Notes: generated by a model from the sequence alone, not told the origin. DNA of 20,000 nt from an uncultured virus (IMG/VR IMGVR_UViG_2837005551_000004) (IMGVR_UViG_2837005551_000004); one strand, 5' to 3'. Numbered from the stretch's first letter, positions 8,956 to 17,544 are shown. Program-made: numbers and translations.

Positions 8956-9381
8956 ATGCAAGGAACAGAAAAATTCAAGGTCGCTATCAAGACCTATCTT
9001 GACAAGAGAGCACAAGAGGATACACTATTTCGTGCAAAGTACGAAACCACCAGTCGCACTATTGATGATGTTGTGACCTACATTCTCAATGAGGTCAAGG
9101 CTTCGGGGTGTAATGGCTTTGCCGATGCTGAAATCTACTCTATGGCTGTCCACGTCATAGACGAGCCGACACTTGAAATCGGCAAGCCTATCAAGTGCAA
9201 CGTAGTGGTTAATCACCATATCGAACTCACAGAGGAAGAAAAGACACAACAGAGGGAACTCACCCTCAAACGCTTCCAAGAGGAGGAACTCCGTAAGTTG
9301 CAGACACGTAACTCCAAGCCCAAGACGGTAAAGCCACAAGAAACCAAACAACCCGAACTCTCACTCTTTGATGATTTTTAA
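8956..9381 (+). CDS. PcfK-like family protein
   Basis: FKVAIKTYLDKRAQEDTLF...YILNEVKASGCNGFADAEIYSMAVH...C-terminal LSLFD; directly upstream of the PcfJ gene. Confidence 0.85.
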   Translation: MQGTEKFKVAIKTYLDKRAQEDTLFRAKYETTSRTIDDVVTYILNEVKASGCNGFADAEIYSMAVHVIDEPTLEIGKPIKCNVVVNHHIELTEEEKTQQRELTLKRFQEEELRKLQTRNSKPKTVKPQETKQPELSLFDDF

Positions 9382-9383
9382 TA

Positions 9384-10658
9384 ATGAAAGCGAGAACCAA
9401 GTTTGAAAAGCAGGTAGCAACCTCTAATGTGAGGCTGACCGCCGTAGCCCCCAAAGTTTTTGAGTGGGGAGTGAGAAATCTAATAACGCACCCGGCTTTC
9501 CGGGTTCCGAGCGGTAGAACCACTTGCGGAGATTGCGGTCATAAGTTCATACATAAGGGAAAAGGCAAATATGTAGTTTGCCCTAAATGTGGACACGAAC
9601 TTGAAATCAAGGACACTTTCAAACGCTCCCATAAGGAGGGTACTTACTTTGCCATTCTTGACACCATTGACGGACTGCAAGTAGAGAGAGTATTTCTATT
9701 GTCGGCATACTTCAAAAAGGGAAATAGTATAAGTGTAGGCCATAATGAGGTGTGCCGTCTTTGGCTCAATGCCAAAGGACAGACCGCACTGACATCTAAG
9801 GTACGGACACTCGGATGTTATCGGGATTGCTTTAATTGGGGTTCTACCATTGAACTGAGAAATATGACCGAAGTTCATCACATAATCGCCAATACTTGGC
9901 ACTATCCCAAATATAAGGCCATTCCGAAACTGAAGAGAAACGGGATGAAAGGTACATTACCCGATTGTCACCCATTTGACCTTATGAAAGGACTACTGAA
10001 CGACGCAAGGATTGAGACGCTGATGAAAGCCCGAAACCAAAAGGCGGTTAAGTATTTTATTGACAATCCACGTATGCTTGACAAGTGCTGGAACACCCAC
10101 AAAATTGCAACACGTCACGGCTACAAGATTGAAGATTATAGTCTATGGTGCGACCTCATAACCCTGCTTGAAAAGTGCGGACGTGACACGCGAAGCCCCA
10201 AATATATATGCCCTACCAATCTTAGAGCCGAACACGATTTTTGGCTTGACAAGTCAACCGCCGATGAAGAAAGACGCAGAAAAGCCGAGCAGTTGCTCAA
10301 AGCAAAGAAAAAGGAGGAGGATTTTTTCAAGAATAAGTCTTGTTTCTTCGGTATCGTCATCAAGGATAATGATATTGAAATCTCAGTGCTTGACTCCATT
10401 GAGGCATATAAAGCCGAGGGAGAGGCTATGCACCATTGCGTATTCAAGTGTGAGTATTATGACAAGGAGAACTCAGTAATTCTGTCGGCACACGATAAGA
10501 ACGGCAACCGCATTGAGACTATTGAGTTTTCACTGACAGAATATAAAGTGGTACAGAGCCGAGGTGTATGTAACAAAAACACCGAATATCACGACCGCAT
10601 TGTAAATCTTGTAAATGCCAATGCTCATCGCTTTATCAAAGCAAGGGCAACCGCATAA
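9384..10658 (+). CDS. PcfJ domain-containing protein
   Basis: N-terminal zinc ribbon; C-terminal EGEAMHHCV...ILSA...RIETIE...VVQSRGVCN PcfJ motif. Confidence 0.9.
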   Translation: MKARTKFEKQVATSNVRLTAVAPKVFEWGVRNLITHPAFRVPSGRTTCGDCGHKFIHKGKGKYVVCPKCGHELEIKDTFKRSHKEGTYFAILDTIDGLQVERVFLLSAYFKKGNSISVGHNEVCRLWLNAKGQTALTSKVRTLGCYRDCFNWGSTIELRNMTEVHHIIANTWHYPKYKAIPKLKRNGMKGTLPDCHPFDLMKGLLNDARIETLMKARNQKAVKYFIDNPRMLDKCWNTHKIATRHGYKIEDYSLWCDLITLLEKCGRDTRSPKYICPTNLRAEHDFWLDKSTADEERRRKAEQLLKAKKKEEDFFKNKSCFFGIVIKDNDIEISVLDSIEAYKAEGEAMHHCVFKCEYYDKENSVILSAHDKNGNRIETIEFSLTEYKVVQSRGVCNKNTEYHDRIVNLVNANAHRFIKARATA

Positions 10659-10675
10659 TTCAGAAATGTTAGATT

Positions 10676-10734
10676 AACCGCACTCTGCCCGTGAGGGTCG
10701 GGCGGTTTTGCTTCGTACCCTCAGCAAAACCGCC
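10676..10734. terminator. Overlapping hairpins between convergent genes (probable terminator)
   Basis: aaccgc...ccc-gtga-ggg...gcggtt followed by tt, overlapping a perfect 12-bp inverted repeat ggcggttttgct/agcaaaaccgcc (10701-10734). Confidence 0.6.
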
Positions 10735-10755
10735 TGCTTGGAAATTATTTATATT

Positions 10756-11313
10756 CTATAAATTAAAGAACGAGACCTCTTCCTCTAACCTTTTCCATAA
10801 GTCTGTTATTTCGTTTTCTTTGTCAATAGCGTATTCTAATATAGAACAATTATCTTGAAAAAATTGTGTTTCGTGCGGGAAACAATAAAGAATCAAATTC
10901 TTTAAGAACCCAGGGAATGATGTCTTTCCTGAAGCTATCACCTCATCAATGTCTTCAATGTGAGGAAAAACTCGAATAGAGAAACTCTCTTGCCGAAAGT
11001 TTGGCAAAATTCTTTTATAATGATCCAATTCTGTATTAAACAAAAGTAATGACGTCCTGACATGTACCTCAGAGTAGACCTTTTTAACACCCTCTAAGAT
11101 CAGATCATCAATTATATCCGAGGGATATCGTTCTTCTTTATTCCCAAAATACAGACCTTCATCAGGATTAGAAGCCGGTTTCATTTTATAATTAGGCATA
11201 GGCCTTCTTAAATATATCATTTCGGCTCTATGCGGCACACCTCCAATTTCTTGTACGACAGAAATCGTCTTCACGAATCTTATTTCATCTTGCGGTAAAA
11301 TTGTAATAACCAT
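10756..11313 (-). CDS. AT-rich hypothetical protein (185 aa)
   Basis: Long ORF in AT-rich DNA, co-oriented with and downstream of abiE; no motif recognised. Confidence 0.7.
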   Translation of the reverse strand: MVITILPQDEIRFVKTISVVQEIGGVPHRAEMIYLRRPMPNYKMKPASNPDEGLYFGNKEERYPSDIIDDLILEGVKKVYSEVHVRTSLLLFNTELDHYKRILPNFRQESFSIRVFPHIEDIDEVIASGKTSFPGFLKNLILYCFPHETQFFQDNCSILEYAIDKENEITDLWKRLEEEVSFFNL

Positions 11314-11514
11314 ATACTATAAGAACCATAAATTTATTATTTCAACAATCTATCTGCATAATAGTTCATTCAATTTACATATTTTGTATACATTAAACAA
11401 TCGGTGGTGATATTTCTTATGTTTTGAAGCTATGTTAGCAAGGAGAATCGGCAAGACTAAATGACGGCAGAACCTGCGAAAATTTGCCATTGTTTAGTCG
11501 ATGGAATATTATAC

Positions 11515-12576
11515 TTACATCAGATTATCTATGAGATACCAATAATAGAAGGCTTCCGGGCGGCTCTTTTTGAGTTTGTTCAACTTTGCCGGGAGAACCG
11601 TACATATACTCATTTCTTGAGTGACAGATTCGAGACTATATTTTTGAATATTGGTGATGCCTTTCTCTATACAGGTTGCTATATAGGCAGCTTTTGCAGA
11701 ATCTACTATCGCATCCTCTATGAAGTATCTGTTCTCAAAAATGAATGATCCGAGTCGTTTTATTCCATCTTGCAGGAGTGAAAAATCTCCGGTGCCAAAT
11801 AATCCTCTTGTGGCAATCAGCAAGGCTGTCTGGCGTATATCATCGAAAATTATTGATACATCGCTACCAAGGTTACGATAACCAAGTTCCACAAGTGCTA
11901 TACGATGAAAAGATTTCGTTGTTATCTCCAGATTATCAACCGCATCAAACAGACGGCCTATGTCGTATGCCTGTTTCATGATTTCGGTTGAATGAGGATT
12001 GCCGTTTTTGTAATAAGGAATACCGGTTGTATTCGGAGCAAATGCGGTAAGTTTATCGCCAAGTATATCTCCTATGGACGGTACTTTTACGGTAGATGGT
12101 GCGTCATCAAGTTCTATAAATTGATTTATCACATCAACCACATTCACCTGGTTGTAATGCGTATCCTCATAGAGAACATCAAGCAGTATATAGGACTCTT
12201 GATTAGACCTGTCATTGTAGGCTATCTGGTAAAAGAACTTGGAGTGTGTCTTGGATATGTCTTTGCCTGCCTGTCTGCGCTCTTTAAGCTCAGTTCTTGT
12301 GAAACCGAAGTCATTAATCTTATCGAGATATTCCTCAACATTTGTACCCGGAGGACAAATTATATCAATGTCTATTGACAGTCGCTTTGTGCCATCCCCG
12401 AGAATCAGCCCCACACAAGTACCTCCCTTGAAGATGAAAGGACAGCCTGAACGTGCAAGCATATCAAGCAGGGCGTATGCCCTTACCACCTTCTCGATTA
12501 TACCGAGATCGTTGTATCTATATTTACGAGACATGGACTGAAACCAGTCTTTTGTGAAGCATTGTTCCTTAATCAT
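11515..12576 (-). CDS. abiEii: AbiEii/AbiGii-family nucleotidyltransferase toxin (type IV TA)
   Basis: IEKVVRA...LL, FIFKGGT, RLSIDIDI, ILGDKLTAF and KQAYDI motifs. Confidence 0.9.
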   Translation of the reverse strand: MIKEQCFTKDWFQSMSRKYRYNDLGIIEKVVRAYALLDMLARSGCPFIFKGGTCVGLILGDGTKRLSIDIDIICPPGTNVEEYLDKINDFGFTRTELKERRQAGKDISKTHSKFFYQIAYNDRSNQESYILLDVLYEDTHYNQVNVVDVINQFIELDDAPSTVKVPSIGDILGDKLTAFAPNTTGIPYYKNGNPHSTEIMKQAYDIGRLFDAVDNLEITTKSFHRIALVELGYRNLGSDVSIIFDDIRQTALLIATRGLFGTGDFSLLQDGIKRLGSFIFENRYFIEDAIVDSAKAAYIATCIEKGITNIQKYSLESVTQEMSICTVLPAKLNKLKKSRPEAFYYWYLIDNLM

Positions 12577-13297
12577 GGGTGTTCAGATTTTCGAGGGCTT
12601 TCCCGACTTTATCCTTTGCATTGCGCCTGGAAGCATAGCGCATGAGGGTTGAACGGTTTACGGAATATGTATTCATGACATGATCGAGGATGTAATGCCA
12701 TTCCGAGCCATGGAGATAATCCATATCATCATCACACAAAATGTCTACAAGAATTTTCTCTATCCTTGGGGTTGATATTCCCCGTATCTCAGTAAGTGGA
12801 GATTCTGATATGAGGGGCTTGACGATAACAGCTTCTTTGGAAATATCAATGTTGTCATATACAAACTCCTTATTTGGATTAAGATAGGCTATATATCTTT
12901 CACTTTTCAGCCAATGGAAGACTGACTCCATCGCTTCGCGTTCAACCTCAATGTAAATGAGATTATTCGATGAAAGATGATGCTGGAAATCGGCAAGCAC
13001 CTGCCCGTCAAAGACACTAACTTTTATAAACGGAAATGTTCCGCCAATGCGTTTTCCTAATTTTAGCGCTTTCTCTCGCAACTGGGGAGTATAGCACGTT
13101 GACTGATGTTGCCGACTTGTATAAATACCGCGTCCAAGCTTGAACAGGATATCATCTTTCACCATCTCCCTGAGATACCAGGAAAGCGTGACTTTTGATA
13201 TGTTGATAATACCGTTTAGATATGAAAATAGATCGGCAAACCGGAAAGATTCCCGATTTTCCGCATACGTCAATATGGCTGCTCTCGTCTCAATCAT
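12569..13297 (-). CDS. abiEi: AbiEi-type antitoxin / winged-helix regulator (DUF6577-like)
   Basis: N-terminal wHTH ending KLGRGIY, PRIEKILVD, RYASRRN; 8-nt overlap with the toxin gene. Confidence 0.82.
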   Translation of the reverse strand: MIETRAAILTYAENRESFRFADLFSYLNGIINISKVTLSWYLREMVKDDILFKLGRGIYTSRQHQSTCYTPQLREKALKLGKRIGGTFPFIKVSVFDGQVLADFQHHLSSNNLIYIEVEREAMESVFHWLKSERYIAYLNPNKEFVYDNIDISKEAVIVKPLISESPLTEIRGISTPRIEKILVDILCDDDMDYLHGSEWHYILDHVMNTYSVNRSTLMRYASRRNAKDKVGKALENLNTHD

Positions 13298-13319
13298 TGA
13301 TTGTATTCATTTTCTGATG

Positions 13320-13368
13320 CAAAGATAACTATATAACGGCAAATATTCAAATATTTGCCGTTATATAG
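13320..13368 (-). promoter_or_regulatory. abiE promoter with an overlapping 19-bp perfect inverted-repeat operator
   Basis: -7 TAtcTTTG (13327-13320); -33 TTTG (13351-13348), 20-nt spacer; inverted repeat ctatataacggcaaatatt-ca-aatatttgccgttatatag (13329-13368). Confidence 0.85.
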
Positions 13369-13429
13369 CGCTGTCAAGTCTTATGAGTCAATACATCAGT
13401 TCAAGATTGTCTCTATTCTCTTGTGTGCA

Positions 13430-13690
13430 TTGAGCCTCGGCAGGGACAGGCGTTTTGACGTGCGAAGTTACTGCGTCCGGGAGGAACGTCAAGTGACGCT
13501 GCGCTTGTGGTCGGCGTCCGCACTCGTGAGCCTCCACAAGTTCTTCTCGTGCCTCAAACAATTTGGGTATCCCTCGTTTGCCGCTGACTCCACACTTGCC
13601 TTATCCTCCCTTATGGCCGCAGTTGTGGAACTGCACGAAAAACGGCCAGCCCTGCCGGAGAAGCTCAAAGAGCTTCAAACAAAAGGGAAA
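13430..13690 (+). repeat. Repeat copy D: rod hairpin only
   Basis: Matches 3577-3835 with about 8 substitutions and begins exactly at ttgagc, the arm that pairs with gctcaa. Confidence 0.95.
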
Positions 13691-13723
13691 ATATTAACTC
13701 AAACGCTCAAACATCAAAGGACT

Positions 13724-13918
13724 ATGCGAGTAAAACGAATGAAAGTAGCGGAGGGCAGACGGCTAAATATCGGGCAGTTCCCCAATTTCCACCGCTCCGG
13801 CTCCATTAGGGGCATGAAAAAACTGTACTATGGCGAGGACTGCCTTTTGGTACGCTGTGGCAACTACATCTACAACGTGACCTCCGAACCCTCAATCTAC
13901 AATCAGGCAACAATCTAA
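13724..13918 (+). CDS. Small basic hypothetical protein (64 aa)
   Basis: ATG 13724 follows the leader ctcaaacatcaaaggact; the upstream part of track ORF 13355..13918 is repeat DNA. Confidence 0.75.
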   Translation: MRVKRMKVAEGRRLNIGQFPNFHRSGSIRGMKKLYYGEDCLLVRCGNYIYNVTSEPSIYNQATI

Positions 13919-13930
13919 AACAAATACACT

Positions 13931-14251
13931 ATGGAAGATTATAACGGAATAGCAATATCCAAGAACGACAAGGGATTTGTCGTGGCGTTTGACAACTTTG
14001 TCAACGGCAAAATGCAATCCGCAACCAACACAGGAAAGGCACTCGCCACAATACACCGCTATTTGCAGTCGCAGGCTTTCAAGGTGTGCGTGGCTTATAT
14101 CCGTCAGCTCGCTGTTAACTACCGCACCGGCTATTATGACGAGCGGAACGAGACGGCAGCCCGGAGAGCGGTAATGATGTACGACACGCTGATGAACGGC
14201 GATGAAATCTATGACCCCGAATATAAGGAACTAAAGGATAAAAGCGTATGA
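13931..14251 (+). CDS. Hypothetical protein (106 aa)
   Basis: Operon spacing and an A-rich leader. Confidence 0.8.
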   Translation: MEDYNGIAISKNDKGFVVAFDNFVNGKMQSATNTGKALATIHRYLQSQAFKVCVAYIRQLAVNYRTGYYDERNETAARRAVMMYDTLMNGDEIYDPEYKELKDKSV

Positions 14252-14415
14252 ACGATACCGATTTTCCCGAATACGGACGCCAGTGCGAGTTGCTGACACC
14301 GTGGCGAGGCTACCACCGTGGCACAATCGTAGGACTGAACGGCTACCGCTTCATCATCGAGGTAAGCAGTGGCGCGAGGATTGAACTTTACGAAGATGAA
14401 ATTGAATTTGACTGA
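14248..14415 (+). CDS. Small hypothetical protein (55 aa), absent from the ORF track
   Basis: ATGA overlap with the upstream stop; MNDTDFPEYGRQCELLTPWRGYHRGTIVGLNGYRFIIEVSSGARIELYEDEIEFD*; ends 2 nt before the next ATG. Confidence 0.75.
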   Translation: MNDTDFPEYGRQCELLTPWRGYHRGTIVGLNGYRFIIEVSSGARIELYEDEIEFD

Positions 14416-14417
14416 CT

Positions 14418-14780
14418 ATGAACAGACTTTTGACACCGAAATTTGAGGAAGCCATAAAGGACTATCCTCTGTATTCGCAGGACGGCAAGGAGAGAAATGC
14501 CGTGTGTGTGGCGATATTCACTATCGGAAATGTCCGTTGGTTTGTGCTTGAAGGAGGCAAAGAGGGAGACGATACAATCCTTTACTGCATAGTGGTCGGG
14601 CTCGGCGAAGATGAATACGGCTATGTGTCGCTCAACGAACTTGCCGATGTCGAACTCGACTACCGCAAACAAGGCTTCGGCATTATCCGAGTGATACAAA
14701 TGCCGTATTTCACCCCATGCCCCATAGGGCAGATAAGCGACAAGAGGCTTCAAGACTTCTTGAACCGCCTCTACGATTGA
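14418..14780 (+). CDS. DUF2958-like protein
   Basis: PLYSQDG, WFVLEG and EYGYVSLNEL motifs. Confidence 0.78.
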   Translation: MNRLLTPKFEEAIKDYPLYSQDGKERNAVCVAIFTIGNVRWFVLEGGKEGDDTILYCIVVGLGEDEYGYVSLNELADVELDYRKQGFGIIRVIQMPYFTPCPIGQISDKRLQDFLNRLYD

Positions 14781-14789
14781 CCGAACACA

Positions 14790-14817
14790 TCAGCCGTGGC
14801 ACAACCGCCACGGCTGA
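14790..14817 (+). other. Intergenic 11-bp perfect hairpin
   Basis: tcagccgtggc-acaacc-gccacggctga. Confidence 0.6.
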
Positions 14818-14834
14818 CATTACACCGTAAGAAT

Positions 14835-15215
14835 ATGGATATACAAGATATAATCGACATGATAACCGAATGTGCCGAAGCTAACGGCTGGCACGTCCAT
14901 ACTGAAAAATACCTCGACGCTGATTTATGGCTGTTTGAGTTCTCGCAATACACAAAGGCAGGGCAGGATTTTAATTTCTCGGCAGAAATGAGATATGCCG
15001 ACCCCGATACTTTGATAAAGTCAGTGAGAGAATATTACGAGAACTATGACCCCGATGAGGAGGCATATCTCTGGATTGGCGATGACGGACACGGCAAGAA
15101 CGGTGCGCCATACCGTATCTCGGATATTGTAGCCGACATGGAGGACGCGGAGTCCATTGTCGGCACTCTGCTTGAAGCCTTTGAGGGACTTGACTTTGCC
15201 CCATGCGGTGAATAG
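14835..15215 (+). CDS. Acidic hypothetical protein (126 aa)
   Basis: ATG 14835 preferred because the GTG at 14796 lies inside the hairpin; about 30 D/E versus 7 K/R. Confidence 0.78.
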   Translation: MDIQDIIDMITECAEANGWHVHTEKYLDADLWLFEFSQYTKAGQDFNFSAEMRYADPDTLIKSVREYYENYDPDEEAYLWIGDDGHGKNGAPYRISDIVADMEDAESIVGTLLEAFEGLDFAPCGE

Positions 15216-15283
15216 AGCCTTACTTTTCAAAATTCGGCCTGCCACCTCCATGCCGGACGTGGCAGACATAAACGTGTAATGAC

Positions 15284-15655
15284 ATGATTTTACAAACCAT
15301 AATCCAAGTTGCCGCACAATGCGACTGGAGCGTGACCGCCAACGTGAGAGACGGAAACATCACCTCTTTCGATTTCCGGCGGAATACCGAGAGCGGAGTG
15401 CCGTTCTGCTTCTCAGCCGACATGACCGGTAGCAAACCGGCTTCGCTGGTGGACGACATACTGTCGTTCATCGACGCTTTCCAACCAGACATCTTCGCGC
15501 GTCAGTGGTGTCTGATTTCGGGTGCCGGAGAGAGCCGTTATGCGCAGACACTCTCCGACATGGACGGCATACGCAGCCAGGCATGGCTACTCGCCATCGA
15601 CCTATCCGAAGCCTTCGCCGCTCCGCGCCCCTCACAGTGGTATCTCTGGAACTGA
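15284..15655 (+). CDS. Hypothetical protein (123 aa), distant paralog of 14835..15215
   Basis: FDFRRNTESGVPFCFSADM versus FEFSQYTKAGQDFNFSAEM; AFQPD versus NYDPD; LSDMD versus VADME. Confidence 0.72.
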   Translation: MILQTIIQVAAQCDWSVTANVRDGNITSFDFRRNTESGVPFCFSADMTGSKPASLVDDILSFIDAFQPDIFARQWCLISGAGESRYAQTLSDMDGIRSQAWLLAIDLSEAFAAPRPSQWYLWN

Positions 15656-15665
15656 CAGTGCCGAT

Positions 15666-15914
15666 TTATCGGTTCTTCCGTTTTCTTCCCCGCTTGACCT
15701 GCGGGTGGTCGAGCAGGAAGATTATGTCGCTTCCGAGTATCAGCCTGTGCCAGCCGTTTTCCGAGCGGCGGTATGGGAGTACCGGGGGCGATTGCCTCAT
15801 GTATTCGTAAATGGTCGTATGGCTTATGCCGAGCAGTTTTCTCGCCGCCATCACCGAATACAGCAAATCAGGGACTATCCTGTGGAAATCAGGGCGCATG
15901 GCTTTTCTCCCCAC
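15666..15914 (-). CDS. Small helix-turn-helix DNA-binding protein (excisionase/MerR-like)
   Basis: LYSVMAARKLLGISHTTIYEY...RRSENGWHRLILGSDI. Confidence 0.65.
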   Translation of the reverse strand: MGRKAMRPDFHRIVPDLLYSVMAARKLLGISHTTIYEYMRQSPPVLPYRRSENGWHRLILGSDIIFLLDHPQVKRGRKRKNR

Positions 15915-16131
15915 TTTCCATCACCGCCTGCCGGCGGTATTCGTTTATGAAAACTTCGGCGGCTTCCACTGCCATCTCTGCGGAGAGGCTGATATGCGCT
16001 GGCCACCGTGCAAGACGGTTCTCCGGAGTCACTACATCCGACAGCCGTATGTCGTGATAATACAGCGCGACTGCAAGGTCATATTTCCGCTGTTCCCAAT
16101 CTATGGGTGTAGGTTGTACGTTGTCTTTCAT
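15889..16131 (-). CDS. Hypothetical protein (80 aa)
   Basis: ATGA overlap with the ATPase stop; IDWEQRKYDLA...AEMAVEAAEVFI pattern typical of phage small proteins. Confidence 0.7.
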   Translation of the reverse strand: MKDNVQPTPIDWEQRKYDLAVALYYHDIRLSDVVTPENRLARWPAHISLSAEMAVEAAEVFINEYRRQAVMESGEKSHAP

Positions 16132-16835
16132 TTTTTCATGTTCTTTTGAGTGTTTATCCTGAATGTCTTTCCCCGCAGGGCGACGAAATTGAACATCTCC
16201 TTGAAGCGGTCATATATCCTCTCGCCATAGACATCCTGTATCTGGTCGATCGTGAAATTGGTGGTGGCATGGGTGAACTGGTGGTAGCGGTTGTCGTAGC
16301 GTGACTGGAAGATGTACTGCATCACATTTTCGAAGTTCCCGTATCTTCCTGTCGGCACTGTCTCGCTGCCAAGTTCGTCAAACGCAACTCTCGGGCTGTC
16401 GATATACTGCCTGATGCCCCGGTAGCCTCCGTGTATGGACTCGTCGGCATAATCCGCACATACATCAATCACGTTGTTTATCCGGAAATTATACCGGTTT
16501 CCGTCGACGATCGGCCTCACAAGGTAGCAGAACTCCCTGATGATTTCCAGCATGGTGGATTTGCCCGTACCTATGTCGCCCCATATAAGCAGCCCCTTGT
16601 CCGGATCAAGGTTCCCATCATAATCCATCACCGCCCAATGCACGATGTCGTTGTAGGCAGGTTTCATTTCTTCCCTCACTATGAAGCCGGGGCAGACAGC
16701 AACTGCGCACTGCATGAAAAGCGTCTTGTATCCGCTAATCCTCGATAAGTCCACAGTTCGGTTTGACCGGCGTTCTGCAGCTTCTCTGATTTCCCTGACG
16801 GCTTCCGCCGGGTTTATTTTCCTTGGGTATGCCAT
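16128..16835 (-). CDS. DnaC/IstB-like P-loop ATPase (helicase-loader-like)
   Basis: GLLIWGDIGTGKS, AFDELGSE, THATTNF, YGERIYDRFKEM. Confidence 0.85.
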   Translation of the reverse strand: MAYPRKINPAEAVREIREAAERRSNRTVDLSRISGYKTLFMQCAVAVCPGFIVREEMKPAYNDIVHWAVMDYDGNLDPDKGLLIWGDIGTGKSTMLEIIREFCYLVRPIVDGNRYNFRINNVIDVCADYADESIHGGYRGIRQYIDSPRVAFDELGSETVPTGRYGNFENVMQYIFQSRYDNRYHQFTHATTNFTIDQIQDVYGERIYDRFKEMFNFVALRGKTFRINTQKNMKK

Positions 16836-17544
16836 TGTTCCGTTCTCGTTCTAATCGGGCGCGGGCCCAGTTGAAAAAATGATCCTTGCACTCCTGTACG
16901 GTCGGATGGTTCTTTTTCTTGATCCTGCACTCCTGAAAAAAGTCAGGCAGCATATCTTCAAGTATTTTCCTTTCGCTGTGCAAGGCTCCGGCTATTTCGT
17001 CTAGCGAAGCCGTATCCTTTGAAAAAAATTCAAAAATTTCTCCTTCACGCGCGGGAGAGAGAGAATTTTTATTTATTTTTTTATTTATATTATTATCTAT
17101 ATAATATATGTCCCCAAAGGTGTCCCCAACAGTGTCGGAAGAAGTGTCCCCATTTGTGGGGGATTGAGCTTCTAAAGATGGCCCAATAGCCGTTGTATCC
17201 TGTGGAGCCATGATTGAAAAGCCGGGTATCTGATCCATGACAAGCACCGTGTATAAAGTCGCGTTGCCTATTTCAAGTCGCCGTATCCACTTCTGCGCTT
17301 CAAAAATCCTCATGTATCTTCCTACTGTATCTTTGTCCGCTCCGATCGAGGCGGCCAGTTTTCGTGTCGAGGCCACGAACTGACCGGGCAGGATGTCTAT
17401 TGTCGTGCCTTTTATGGGGTATGTGCCTTTGGATCTCTGCACGCGGAAAAGTATCTCCAGCCAGAGATGTACCATCCGGCTCTCGGAGTAGAGCCATTCC
17501 ACGTCGCGGAGATAGTGCATTACGGGTATCCATGAACGGTTCAT
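16735..17544 (-). CDS. Phage-type replication initiator (N-terminal wHTH, lambda O-like layout)
   Basis: HLWLEIL...PGQFVASTRKLA HTH; low-complexity repeat linker; C-terminal HFFNW; directly upstream of the DnaC-like gene. Confidence 0.75.
   Translation of the reverse strand: MNRSWIPVMHYLRDVEWLYSESRMVHLWLEILFRVQRSKGTYPIKGTTIDILPGQFVASTRKLAASIGADKDTVGRYMRIFEAQKWIRRLEIGNATLYTVLVMDQIPGFSIMAPQDTTAIGPSLEAQSPTNGDTSSDTVGDTFGDIYYIDNNINKKINKNSLSPAREGEIFEFFSKDTASLDEIAGALHSERKILEDMLPDFFQECRIKKKNHPTVQECKDHFFNWARARLERERNNGIPKENKPGGSRQGNQRSCRTPVKPNCGLIED
17065..17156. repeat. Four 12-bp iteron-like repeats next to an AT-rich tract (candidate origin)
   Basis: tgtccccaaagg, tgtccccaacag, tgtcggaagaag, tgtccccatttg at 17109-17156, adjoining ~44 nt of nearly pure A/T. 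Confidence 0.65.

Noticed and set aside
11461..12541. + strand ORFs opposite abiEii, and similar antisense ORFs over parB, pcfJ, the initiator and int
   Set aside because: Shadow ORFs of well-supported genes.
3211..13690. Repeats as IS elements, MITEs or a CRISPR array
   Set aside because: No transposase, no target-site duplication around each copy, no repeat-spacer periodicity or cas genes; every copy has the same orientation and similar distance to an ATG.
13355..13723. N-terminal extension of ORF 13355..13918
   Set aside because: It runs through the abiE operator and repeat D; the real start is probably ATG 13724.
15215..15666. oriT or att site at the right end of the + operons
   Set aside because: No recognisable nic or att core, and no relaxase in the window to anchor a call.
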